Assembly (NCBI GenBank): GCA_009788055.1
Contig: WQSG01000001.1
Span: forward strand, 461 to 64,460
DNA: 64,000 nucleotides
Direction: 5' to 3'
Origin: Defluviitaleaceae bacterium
Lineage (GTDB): Bacteria; Bacillota; Clostridia; Lachnospirales; WQUN01
This document shows, one piece after another, positions 27,868 through 36,926 of the stretch (positions are counted from its first letter, which is position 1; every line of letters begins with the position of its first letter). The notes under the pieces are model-generated. The model searched no databases. It saw nothing but the letters and a program-made list of their open reading frames with translations, and was not told the DNA's origin. A program made the position numbers and the translations under genes.

Positions 27868-28026
27868 TAAGTTCTCGGGGACGCTGTCCCCGCACCCCTG
27901 CAAGGGATTTCATCCCTTGACCCTACCTTTGAAAACCGCGCACGCGGTTTTCAGGTTAAAGTTTTTTGTCGAACTTTTTTTCAAAAAAGTTCGTGTGGGT
28001 TCGGGGGCAACGCCCCCGAGAACTTA
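27868..28026. repeat. MITE-like structured repeat, complete copy E2 (159 bp)
   Basis: Perfect 14-nt termini TTAAGTTCTCGGGG / CCCCGAGAACTTAA. Internal hairpins are CAAGGGAT-ttc-ATCCCTTG, GAAAACCGCG-ca-CGCGGTTTTC and CGAACTTTTT-ttc-AAAAAAGTTCG. Confidence 0.9.
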
Positions 28027-28078
28027 AACTAAGTATAGCCAAAAAAAATGAAAAAATCATGTGCGGAAGATGAAGGTT

Positions 28079-29134
28079 TTATGAAGGAATGGAGAAGGTG
28101 AGCGTGGTAGCGGCGGGGGAGGATTTTGCGGAGATTTCGCCGTGGTGTGCGGAAATGATTTCGTGGGCGATGGAAAGACCGAGGCCGCTGCTGCCTGTTT
28201 TGCGACTGCGGGAAGGGTCTGCGCGGTAGAAGCGTTCAAAAATGTGCGGCAGATGTTCGGGCGGTATGCCTATGCCGCTGTCGTGAACGGAGATGGATAT
28301 AAAGCCGTTGGCGGTGAGTGCGGCGGTTATTTTTATGAGGCATTCATCGGCGGAATACTTTATTGCGTTGGAGAGGAGAATGCGGATTACGCGGCGTATG
28401 GCGTATTCGTCACAGACGGCGGAAAGTTCTGGCGCGGCGTCGGTTTCAAAAGTGAAATTGGGCGATACAAGACGGAACTCGTCCGCAATTTCGGATATCA
28501 GCGCGGTTATGTCTGTTGTTTCAAATTTATAGCTTTGGCTTCCGCTGTCGCTTCGCGCCAATAAAAGAAGGCTGTCTACCAGCCCGCTCATGCGTTGAAT
28601 TTCGTGCTTTATTACGTCGGTACTGTTGGGGTTGTAGCCGTGGCGCAGCAACAAATCCGCGTGGCCGTTGATTATTGTAATGGGCGTGGCAAGTTCGTGT
28701 GACGCGTCTGCAACAAAGCGGTTTTGCATCTCAATGTATCGGTTTAATTTTGCCGCCATTGTGTTAAATGCAAGGGCGTATTCCCGCAGTTCATCGTCAT
28801 CCTCGTCTATTATAAGCGGGCTTCCGAAGTTCATTTCGCCAATTTCGCGTACCTTGGAAATCATTTGGCGCAGTGGGTTAAGCACATTTTCTATGATAAT
28901 CGAACTTACCGTAAACGCCAGAATACCCGCAATCACAAGAATTATCGAGTCCCACCCGCCTGAAAAAAGCTGTACCCGTCCTTCAAAACCCATTGTTTCC
29001 AAGTGATTGTTCAAGTTGGCAACCATCACAAGATACAGCGCGAGCATGGTGACAAGCATCAAAAATGTTGCAAAAAGCGTAAACTGCGTTGCGCGTTTAA
29101 GTTTTAACCGCTTTAGCACAAATTGTTTAAGCAT
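28079..29134 (-). CDS. sensor histidine kinase (TM-HAMP-HisKA-HATPase)
   Basis: H-box FVADASHELATPITII, N-box LLSNAIKYS, and G-boxes HDSGIGI / GSSGLGLSIA. Confidence 0.85.
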   Translation of the reverse strand: MLKQFVLKRLKLKRATQFTLFATFLMLVTMLALYLVMVANLNNHLETMGFEGRVQLFSGGWDSIILVIAGILAFTVSSIIIENVLNPLRQMISKVREIGEMNFGSPLIIDEDDDELREYALAFNTMAAKLNRYIEMQNRFVADASHELATPITIINGHADLLLRHGYNPNSTDVIKHEIQRMSGLVDSLLLLARSDSGSQSYKFETTDITALISEIADEFRLVSPNFTFETDAAPELSAVCDEYAIRRVIRILLSNAIKYSADECLIKITAALTANGFISISVHDSGIGIPPEHLPHIFERFYRADPSRSRKTGSSGLGLSIAHEIISAHHGEISAKSSPAATTLTFSIPS

Positions 29135-29795
29135 GGTGTATCACATATCCCTTCCCGCGCACGGTTTCGATTATCTGTGCTTGCGAAACCCGTGCGATTT
29201 TTGCGCGGATATTTTTCACATTTGCGTCCACGATATTAGACTCGCCGTAGAAATCGCCAAAGACCGCGCCGATTATTTCCTCCCGCGTTTTAACTTTGCC
29301 GCTGTTGTTGTGCAAATAGCGCAGAATTTCAAATTCCGTTTTAGTAAGATGAAGGTCTTTGCCGCTGATTTCTGCGCGGTATGCGTCCGCGTTTATGTAC
29401 AAATCTCCCGAGGGTACGGGAGATTGCGCGGCTGTTTTTTGCCGCAAAATATGTCGTTTTATTCGCGCAATAAGTTCCATTGTGTCAAACGGTTTTGTCA
29501 CATAGTCATCCGCGCCTGCGGTAAGAAATGCCACTTTGTCGTACACTTCTTTCCGCGCCGTTAAAATAATCACAGGCACATTAGACGTTTTACGAATCTC
29601 CCGCAAACACTCCAGCCCGTTTTTTTCCGGCAACATGATGTCCAGCAACACCAGCGAAAACTCCGCGCTAAACTTTGCCATAGCTTCCGCACCGTCCTGC
29701 GCGACCTCTACGGCAAAGCCCTCAAATTCCAGCTCCGTTTTCAAAAACGAAACGATATTTTCCTCGTCTTCACAGATTAAAATTTTATCATTCAT
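29127..29795 (-). CDS. OmpR-family response regulator
   Basis: Receiver ILICEDEENI..LVLLDIMLPEKNG..K and a winged-helix output domain (LTKTEFEILRYL..VRGKGYV). Confidence 0.9.
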   Translation of the reverse strand: MNDKILICEDEENIVSFLKTELEFEGFAVEVAQDGAEAMAKFSAEFSLVLLDIMLPEKNGLECLREIRKTSNVPVIILTARKEVYDKVAFLTAGADDYVTKPFDTMELIARIKRHILRQKTAAQSPVPSGDLYINADAYRAEISGKDLHLTKTEFEILRYLHNNSGKVKTREEIIGAVFGDFYGESNIVDANVKNIRAKIARVSQAQIIETVRGKGYVIHHA

Positions 29796-30789
29796 GTTTC
29801 AACCAAAACTCGGCAAGTTCAATCAGTTCGGCGTAGTCGGCTGTGGTGGAAAGCACGACTTGAACCTCCGTTTCAGAATCCACAGGCGGGATATCTGACC
29901 GCCCGCTTGAAACGATACGTTGGATGGAACGCATATTGTAAAACAGTATGCTGTACGCGCCGTCCGTGCCGATATATACGGTTGTCTCGCCAATGAGAAG
30001 TTCGCGGAAATCGCCTTGCGCGGGGTCGTGGATGGGTTCGCCTTGCCACATAGAAACCGCGCTTCCCGTTGAGCTTATAAATCGGTAGGTTATTTCATTG
30101 CAGTCCATGGTTACGCGAACTTCGGAGTTCCACCCCTCGGGTACTTGCATACCCGCGCGTTGCGGAATAACAAACACCACGCAGTCGTCCGCTTCTTCGG
30201 GTACATAACGCCATATGTCTTGGCTGTCTTCCACCCACGCGCCGCCGCCTGCGACGGGTGCAGAGGACGGCGCGTCAGGCACTGCAACCGCATCCGCCGC
30301 AACAGCCGCGTCTGCATCCCACGCAACTTCCGCTTCTTCCATTATGCGGACATTCGGCATCGCCCATTCAATACCGCCGCCAAACATATATGCATCAACT
30401 TCCAAAATCTCTGCCGCGCCCGCAACAATGGCGGGTTCTGCGTTTTGTTCCGAATAAATATTCGCAAACGGATTGCCGTGCATAAGAAGGAACGCCGCAA
30501 CAAAACACACCACCACCAACGAAGCGGCAAATGTGCCAAAACCCGCAAAACGCTTGCGGCTCGTTTTTACGGTTTGCTCGCGCAGTAGCGCGACCTGCAT
30601 TTTAGCGTCTAAACGCAAAACGGAAATCTCGTCCGCAGGTTCAAGTTTTTCGCGCTCTTGCTGATACACCGCGCCTTTTTCGTCCACATACTCGGCGGCA
30701 AGCGATTTGAAAAATTGTTCTGCTTTATAGCTTTTCAAGTCCCCCATAAATTGGTCTGCTTCCCGCAAATTTTTAAAATCATCCTTCAT
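29788..30789 (-). CDS. putative anti-sigma factor / single-pass membrane protein
   Basis: Lies 2 nt downstream of the ECF sigma gene. It has one TM segment (FGTFAASLVVVCFVAAFLLM) and overlaps the response regulator gene by 8 nt. Confidence 0.4.
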   Translation of the reverse strand: MKDDFKNLREADQFMGDLKSYKAEQFFKSLAAEYVDEKGAVYQQEREKLEPADEISVLRLDAKMQVALLREQTVKTSRKRFAGFGTFAASLVVVCFVAAFLLMHGNPFANIYSEQNAEPAIVAGAAEILEVDAYMFGGGIEWAMPNVRIMEEAEVAWDADAAVAADAVAVPDAPSSAPVAGGGAWVEDSQDIWRYVPEEADDCVVFVIPQRAGMQVPEGWNSEVRVTMDCNEITYRFISSTGSAVSMWQGEPIHDPAQGDFRELLIGETTVYIGTDGAYSILFYNMRSIQRIVSSGRSDIPPVDSETEVQVVLSTTADYAELIELAEFWLKHE

Positions 30790-30791
30790 GC

Positions 30792-31292
30792 CTACCGCAC
30801 CTCCTTTGCCAGTTCTGCCAGTTTTTTCTTTGCTCTGTGCAAACGCACCGTTACGTTATTTTCGCTTATACCCAAAATATTCCCAATTTCCTTGTGCGGT
30901 AAATCATGCGCAAATTTTAACAGAAAAACTGCGCGTAATTCGTCGCTTAATTTATCAATGAGTCGCACCGCCCGTGACGCTTCGTCTCTTTCGGCAACGG
31001 TTTCTTCCAAGTTGAAGTCCGACGCTTGCTCAAACTCATCAAAGTTTGTAGGAAGAACCTTGTTGCGCTTATGATACAAATTTATTGCCACATTTTTTAC
31101 AACCGTAACCAAAAACGCCGCCGTGCGCGAAGAATCAGGGTCTTCCAATTTATCGAAATGCTTGTAAACCCGAATAAACGCCTCACTTACGGCATCTTCC
31201 GCAAGGGCGTAATCTTTTAGAATGTCATACGCCTTGCGCCACAAAAGCTTTTTGTATTTCTCATACAAATAATCGAATGTATTTTTCTCCAA
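30792..31292 (-). CDS. ECF-type sigma-70 family factor
   Basis: Region 2 (DYALAEDAVSEAFIRVYKH) and region 4 HTH (DLPHKEIGNILGISENNVTVRLHRAKKKL). Confidence 0.85.
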   Translation of the reverse strand: MEKNTFDYLYEKYKKLLWRKAYDILKDYALAEDAVSEAFIRVYKHFDKLEDPDSSRTAAFLVTVVKNVAINLYHKRNKVLPTNFDEFEQASDFNLEETVAERDEASRAVRLIDKLSDELRAVFLLKFAHDLPHKEIGNILGISENNVTVRLHRAKKKLAELAKEVR

Positions 31293-31333
31293 GGGAATCC
31301 TCCACTTAATATACCTTTTGAATGCGCAAAGTA

Positions 31334-31861
31334 TTACACACCTGTCGTGTCTGTTGCGTCCAAAAATTCTTCTACGTTTCGCAACCCATAGAATAACAAA
31401 AATTCTTCCGATGTGCCAAACAAAATGGGTCTGCCGGGCGCGTCCAGCCGTCCTTTTTCTTCCACCAATCCGTATTCCACCAGCCGATTAACACCGTGGT
31501 CGGAATTTACTCCGCGAATATTCTCAATAACCGCTTTTGTAACAGGCTGTTTAAACGCAATAATCGCCAGCGTTTCCAGAAGCGTTTGCGTCAATGCCCT
31601 TCGCGGCTTGATATTCAGCAATTTCTTGATTACATCAAAATACTCCGGATTTGTACACAGCCTAAAACAATCATCCACTTCCCGCAACTGTATCCCCGAT
31701 TTTTGTGCCGAATATGTATCTGCCATTTTGGCAAGCAAATTACGCACCAGCGGTATGTCGCACCCCAGTGCCTCCGCAAGCTTTGAAACAGGCACACTCT
31801 CGCCGCTTGCAAAAAGCATTGCTTCCAGCATTTTTTCACGCTCTGTAGTTAATGCGGGCAT
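31334..31861 (-). CDS. scpB: SMC-ScpAB complex subunit ScpB
   Basis: LEAMLFASGESVPVSKLAEAL and two winged-helix repeats (TLAIIAFKQPVTKAVIENIRGV). ATG at 31861 lies 6 nt after AAGGAGA and is preferred over the upstream GTG at 31888. Confidence 0.85.
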   Translation of the reverse strand: MPALTTEREKMLEAMLFASGESVPVSKLAEALGCDIPLVRNLLAKMADTYSAQKSGIQLREVDDCFRLCTNPEYFDVIKKLLNIKPRRALTQTLLETLAIIAFKQPVTKAVIENIRGVNSDHGVNRLVEYGLVEEKGRLDAPGRPILFGTSEEFLLFYGLRNVEEFLDATDTTGV

Positions 31862-31884
31862 GATTTTCTCCTTTGGATTTGTAC

Positions 31885-32385
31885 TCACGTTCCGTCACAG
31901 TCCATTTCTTGCAGTGCCATAATCTGCCCTTTGTTATTGTAGCAATATTGGTATGGGAACTCTCGCGACAAGGCTTCGTCCGAAAATTCCTCTTTGGCTT
32001 CCATGATATTTCGTTTGCGGGATAATGAAAAATCCCAGTTGTTGGTAACGTTTGCGCCAAGCAAGATATGGTCTTGCAGCTCGCCCTCAAACGGAACCGC
32101 CAAAGCGACAACGTTTTCCAAAATATGTTCGCCAATATTTATTTTATCAAGGATGCAGATGTTTGCCTCACCTTTATAACCGCCTACACTTGTAAGCATT
32201 GTTTGTTTAAGCATTCTGCCGTACTTTGGAACAAGAAATTTGTGGATGATTGTATTAAAAGCCCCTGTGTCAACCAGCACGTTAATGGGTGCGCCAAATC
32301 GGGAGCGGTTTTTGTCCCAAAGACGTGCTTCAAAAACATAACGGCACGGTCTTTTTTTGTTCAATTTAGCCGAGAAGCTGAACAT
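31885..32385 (-). CDS. retropepsin-like (clan AA) aspartic protease domain protein
   Basis: Active-site-like VLVDTGAFNT and a downstream HILLGANV (I/L-L-G-x-D/N flap-proximal motif). ATG at 32385 lies 6 nt after GGGGAGGAA and is preferred over ORF-track start 32517. Confidence 0.55.
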   Translation of the reverse strand: MFSFSAKLNKKRPCRYVFEARLWDKNRSRFGAPINVLVDTGAFNTIIHKFLVPKYGRMLKQTMLTSVGGYKGEANICILDKINIGEHILENVVALAVPFEGELQDHILLGANVTNNWDFSLSRKRNIMEAKEEFSDEALSREFPYQYCYNNKGQIMALQEMDCDGT

Positions 32386-32629
32386 GGAGATTTCCTCCCC
32401 GCTCTTTGCAACCACAGTATATCTTTGCATCGGCGTTAAACTCGTCAATGGCAATATCGGAGAGAACGGCGTAGCCTTGCTCGCTACTCGTTGCTGTTGC
32501 AATAAGGTATCCGCCATCCCATGAGTTGTCTAAACCTATAAGGCTGACAAGAACCCAGCTACCGGTAAATTCTTGGTCTATTTCTTCCTCTGTTATAAAT
32601 CGTGTGCCGTCATATCGGGTTATATCCAT
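32366..32629 (-). CDS. hypothetical small protein (87 aa)
   Basis: ATG at 32629 lies 7 nt after GGAG. The 3' end overlaps the protease gene start by 20 nt, which suggests coupling. Confidence 0.4.
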   Translation of the reverse strand: MDITRYDGTRFITEEEIDQEFTGSWVLVSLIGLDNSWDGGYLIATATSSEQGYAVLSDIAIDEFNADAKIYCGCKERGGNLHVQLLG

Positions 32630-32649
32630 GCACAATCTCCATTCTGCCG

Positions 32650-34002
32650 TCACATAGTATCCATCTTCTTATCATATTCCACGAATTTATTTCTGCCTGT
32701 GCGTTTTGCAGTGTAGAGGGCGGTGTCGGCGCGGTGGATAATGTCGTCAAGGGTGTCTTCGTGGGTGAGGAGGGTGGAAATGCCTTGGGAGACGGTGATG
32801 TTCATGCTCATGTCTTTGATTATGAAGGGGGATTCTTCCATGGTTTTGTGTATGCGTTCGGCATTTTTTATTGCAGAGTCGTAGGGTACTTCTGTAATCA
32901 TTATGATAAATTCTTCGCCGCCGTAACGGGCGATTATGTTGCTTTGGCGGGTAACGCCCATCATGCGCTTTGCGGAAATTTTGAGTACTTCGTCGCCTAC
33001 CTGATGCCCGAAGTTATCGTTAATGCGTTTAAAATAGTCGAGGTCTGTCATGATTATATGGAAGCATTTGCCTTCGGCTTTGCATTTTTCCAGCGCGATG
33101 GAAGCGTTTTCCATGAAGTAGCGGCGGCTGTACAAGCCTGTCAGTTCGTCTGTGTAGGCGATGGTTTCCATTTTTTGCATCATGGCAACAGAGTCGCGAA
33201 GTTCGCGCAGGTCGCTGATGTACATGATGGCGTGTTCCTGTTCGCTTAGGCGAACACGCACAAGGGTGACTTCGCACGGGATTTGCACGTCCTCCATGTT
33301 TTGGTGCATCCACTCGTAATGTGCGCGGCCGTTTTCAAAAGTCTCTTTCAATTTGTCCAATGCTTTAAGGCGCGAAAGTTCGCCGTTCGGCTGTTTTTCG
33401 GGCGACAGTTGAAAAAACCGTTTCATAAACGATTGCTTGTTTAAAAGCCCGAACAGATGCACAACTTCGTTATTACATTCCACAACATTAAAGTGTTCGT
33501 CTACAATGCCGCAAGCTATGGGGCAAGAATCCATCATTGCCTGCAAACGCTGGCGCGAAGCGTGTTCTTCAATCAGAGCCTGTTTAGACTCGCGCTGGTC
33601 TTTAATAAATTCCATGATGTAAGACCTGCCGCCAAGCACAACGCGCAAAAGCGTGACCTCTGCGGGGATAAGTTCCCTGTCTTTGCGGAAGTACAGCCAG
33701 TCAAATTTTGCGGTGTCTCCCTTGGTTAAAACGTCGTTCATAAGTGAGCGGAATTTTGTGCGGGAAGGGCTGCCGTCGGGCTGATACGGGGGCGAAAGTT
33801 CGCCAACGCAGTTCACCATTTCCGTAGAGTCGTAAAAATCAAACAAGTCCCAAACGGGCTGGTTGGAATACACCACTCTGTAGTACACATCGCGCAGGAC
33901 ACATGGCAATGGCACGTGGTCTATAATTTGGCGCAACGCTTCATTTGTAACGGAATGCTCAAAATTTAGCGGGGCTAAATCAATTTGACTGTTCATAAAC
34001 AT
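32650..34002 (-). CDS. diguanylate cyclase with two PAS-like sensor domains
   Basis: A GGDEF domain with an intact RYGGEEF active site and DxLT..Y.RR motif (DELTGLYSRRYF). There is no EAL/HD-GYP domain. Confidence 0.85.
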   Translation of the reverse strand: MFMNSQIDLAPLNFEHSVTNEALRQIIDHVPLPCVLRDVYYRVVYSNQPVWDLFDFYDSTEMVNCVGELSPPYQPDGSPSRTKFRSLMNDVLTKGDTAKFDWLYFRKDRELIPAEVTLLRVVLGGRSYIMEFIKDQRESKQALIEEHASRQRLQAMMDSCPIACGIVDEHFNVVECNNEVVHLFGLLNKQSFMKRFFQLSPEKQPNGELSRLKALDKLKETFENGRAHYEWMHQNMEDVQIPCEVTLVRVRLSEQEHAIMYISDLRELRDSVAMMQKMETIAYTDELTGLYSRRYFMENASIALEKCKAEGKCFHIIMTDLDYFKRINDNFGHQVGDEVLKISAKRMMGVTRQSNIIARYGGEEFIIMITEVPYDSAIKNAERIHKTMEESPFIIKDMSMNITVSQGISTLLTHEDTLDDIIHRADTALYTAKRTGRNKFVEYDKKMDTM

Positions 34003-34009
34003 TCAACTC

Positions 34010-36745
34010 CTACAGCAAGACCGCTTTTACGGGCTGCACGTCTTTTACCAAGCTTGAAATCAGTTTTTCTAATTGGTCGTGTTTAAACATTTGCTCGCAA
34101 ATTATTGCGTTGTTGATAGTAAAGTACGGGTCTGCGGGATTTTCGTGAATGAATGGTTTGGCGTTTTTAACAGACCGTTCCTTGGTGGTTATACTGCCTG
34201 AAGCCATTTCTTCGGAAAAATAATACGAAAGCGTTTCGTTGTAGAACATGGGCACGGCGGCAAGATATATGCCGTAGCGCACGTATTGCATCGGCACGGC
34301 AACATATGATGCCGCACCCTCTATACGATAATACAACCAACAATCCTTATCGGGCAAGCTTTTATATAAAAAAGGTTGGAATTTTTCCATAAAAGGCGTT
34401 GGTGTGGTTTTATTTTCTTTGAAAACGGGAAAAAGTATACCCTCGTTTTCCATGGTAGAAATTGCATACTTGATAATTTCTTCCGACTTAAACGTGGTGA
34501 TATTGTATTGCAGATAAACGCCCGCAAGCCCCCACGCAAGCAATGTTTGCGACGCGTCGGAATCCGCCGCCGACACCGTTTTCAGATATGTTTTTTCCAA
34601 TATGCTTAATACATCATAGTTCGGACGGGTAGAATTTGCCAGCATTTCGTAGGTTGCAAGCTCGGTAAATTCTTCCAGAAGCGGATTTTCCGATTGCGTC
34701 CCGTGCAGGCGGGTGAACGCCTTTTGCGCGTGTTGGCAAAAACTTGACATTGCAAGGGCGGATTCTATCACTTGTGCGTCCAGCGCGGGGGCGGTTCGAT
34801 TATCCTCGTCAATCACTTGCGAAAGATTTGCCCATTCGCTGTAGCTTGCGCGGTAATTTTCCAAAACGAAGTTAAGCAACTCATCATCGTGGAAATTGTT
34901 GGCAAGCAAATTGTAGCCGATTTCCGCAATAATTTTCGTTGTGTGTTCGTCACATTTGGGCAGTAATTGCTTTACGGTTTCAAATAAAATTTCTTGCGAG
35001 ATTTTTGCGTACTTGGAATAAATTAATTTTGCGGCACGGGTAAATTCCCTCGTTTGCATATAGATGCTTAAAAGCTGTTCGATGAAATCATCTTCAATTA
35101 GGTTTTCGTCAATCTCGCCAAAGCATTCCAACGCTTGCTCGAAACTGAAAGCGTTGTAATGCAACCGTCCCAGTGCGACAAGTATTTTCATCTTGTACGC
35201 TTTGGTTATGCCTTTTTCTTGTAAAATTGCTTCAAAAACGGGCGCGGCGTCGTCGGTTGGCGTTTCGGGCGAAAGATAATAATTCGCCAAATACGCCAGA
35301 AGATGAAACCGCCTGTCGCCCTTGCGGAAGAAATACAAATATAACTCAGGGCCCGCTTGCCCAATCATGCGCTTGATTGTTACTTCTTCGCCCAGAATTT
35401 CGCGCTGGGATTTTCCAAGGCAGGTGTAACCCGCGTTTTCGCTTACGGCTTCTATTATGATGGGGGAATTGTCTTGCGTTTCGTAAACCTCCATGCGGCG
35501 TTTTTCCTGCTCCGTGATATAGATGTACCGCACGGCAGAATTTTCCTGCGTGTGCAGTTCAAAAAGTGTGAGGTTCTCCCGCAGAATTTCCTCGGCTTTA
35601 TCCAAGTCCACGCCCGAAATCCCAAGTGCGCGGAAGCGACTCCACAGGTAAAAATATATGCTGTTTGCCTCTCGACCTTTAATCCCCGCTTCCAAACAGC
35701 GCGTGCCCAATTGCAAAATTTTGCTTTGCGCATCGGGCAACAGGTCTGCAAATGCCGTGTCGTTAAGAAGAAAATGATATACGTAAACGGCAAAATTCGG
35801 CTCTGAAATTTCGCCCGCGCCTTCCATAAATTTTTTTAGGGGATAGCGATTAATATGCGGCGATTTATTCTGATAGGCGGCGCGAACCAACGCGTTAAAA
35901 AGCTCGGGGGTGTACACCTGCTTTTTCTCCGCGTCACGGTAAAACGCAAACGCTTCCGCAGACATATCGCCGTTTTTTATACGGTGCGTGCAAATATCTT
36001 TTAGAATCGGCGGATAATTGCTTGCGGCATATAATCTTTCACCCGCAGGCGGGTCTGCCGCAATGGCAGAAGATAGCGTATCCGCGTATTTTGCCGCAAC
36101 CGCGCCTATATCCGCGCCGCGATTTGCCGCGTAAATTAACACGGGCAAAATGCTCAAACCTTCAAAGCCGCTTGGCGCGGTTTTGTAATATCTAAACAGC
36201 CCTTCGTACAAGAAAATACTGTTGCATCCCGCGTGTAACGCTTCCGTTAAATGGGTGTACGCCTCGGGTAATTCGCCCGCCGCGAGGGAAAGCAATCCCT
36301 GCATAACCGCGTAGTGCGGAGATGGCGGCGCGTTCTTGATATGGTCGGCAAGTGCGCGTCTGTGCTTCTTTGCCGACCTTGCTCGCCGCTGGCTTAATTC
36401 CAAATACGCATACAAAAAACACAGCGTCCCGTAAAAAAACGGCGACCCCGCTTTTAAATGATTCTTATACGCCATTGCCTTGTCTAGCATTTCATTCGCG
36501 TTGTCGTAGTGCCTTGCTTCAATCGCCACAAAAACCGCCAGCGAATACAATTCTAAATGCACCAAATTCCGCCTGTGCGCCGCAATTGCCGCATGATTCG
36601 CCCTTTGCAACAGCACACGCATATCATATTCCGGCCCCAAAAACCGAAACGCTTGCCACGACCGCATCACAAGCGCGATTGTGGTTTTAGCATCGTTTTT
36701 GTTTCTTGATTCTATGGCTTCTATTTTTTTTTGAATGTCTATCAT
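34010..36745 (-). CDS. uncharacterised 911-aa, predominantly alpha-helical (TPR-like) protein
   Basis: Long uninterrupted ORF with RBS AAAGGAG 7 nt upstream. No catalytic motif, signal peptide or TM segment was recognised. Confidence 0.8.
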   Translation of the reverse strand: MIDIQKKIEAIESRNKNDAKTTIALVMRSWQAFRFLGPEYDMRVLLQRANHAAIAAHRRNLVHLELYSLAVFVAIEARHYDNANEMLDKAMAYKNHLKAGSPFFYGTLCFLYAYLELSQRRARSAKKHRRALADHIKNAPPSPHYAVMQGLLSLAAGELPEAYTHLTEALHAGCNSIFLYEGLFRYYKTAPSGFEGLSILPVLIYAANRGADIGAVAAKYADTLSSAIAADPPAGERLYAASNYPPILKDICTHRIKNGDMSAEAFAFYRDAEKKQVYTPELFNALVRAAYQNKSPHINRYPLKKFMEGAGEISEPNFAVYVYHFLLNDTAFADLLPDAQSKILQLGTRCLEAGIKGREANSIYFYLWSRFRALGISGVDLDKAEEILRENLTLFELHTQENSAVRYIYITEQEKRRMEVYETQDNSPIIIEAVSENAGYTCLGKSQREILGEEVTIKRMIGQAGPELYLYFFRKGDRRFHLLAYLANYYLSPETPTDDAAPVFEAILQEKGITKAYKMKILVALGRLHYNAFSFEQALECFGEIDENLIEDDFIEQLLSIYMQTREFTRAAKLIYSKYAKISQEILFETVKQLLPKCDEHTTKIIAEIGYNLLANNFHDDELLNFVLENYRASYSEWANLSQVIDEDNRTAPALDAQVIESALAMSSFCQHAQKAFTRLHGTQSENPLLEEFTELATYEMLANSTRPNYDVLSILEKTYLKTVSAADSDASQTLLAWGLAGVYLQYNITTFKSEEIIKYAISTMENEGILFPVFKENKTTPTPFMEKFQPFLYKSLPDKDCWLYYRIEGAASYVAVPMQYVRYGIYLAAVPMFYNETLSYYFSEEMASGSITTKERSVKNAKPFIHENPADPYFTINNAIICEQMFKHDQLEKLISSLVKDVQPVKAVLL

Positions 36746-36800
36746 GCGTGACTCCTTTATCGGAGAAGTTCGCGGGGGAATATCCGTATATAAAAGAAAT

Positions 36801-36830
36801 TTGCACCCGCAAGGGAAAGTATGCTAAAAT
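36801..36830 (+). promoter_or_regulatory. candidate plus-strand promoter facing the operon promoter
   Basis: TTGCAC at 36801-36806, an 18-nt spacer, and the extended -10 TGcTAAAAT (TAAAAT at 36825-36830). Confidence 0.3.
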
Positions 36831-36926
36831 GTGTGCGCAACAAATAGCGTAGCGACCGTGAGGTGTTTCCGCACCCCACGGCGAGTGTAGGGATTGTACC
36901 CATCACCTAACACACACGGGCTTTCG

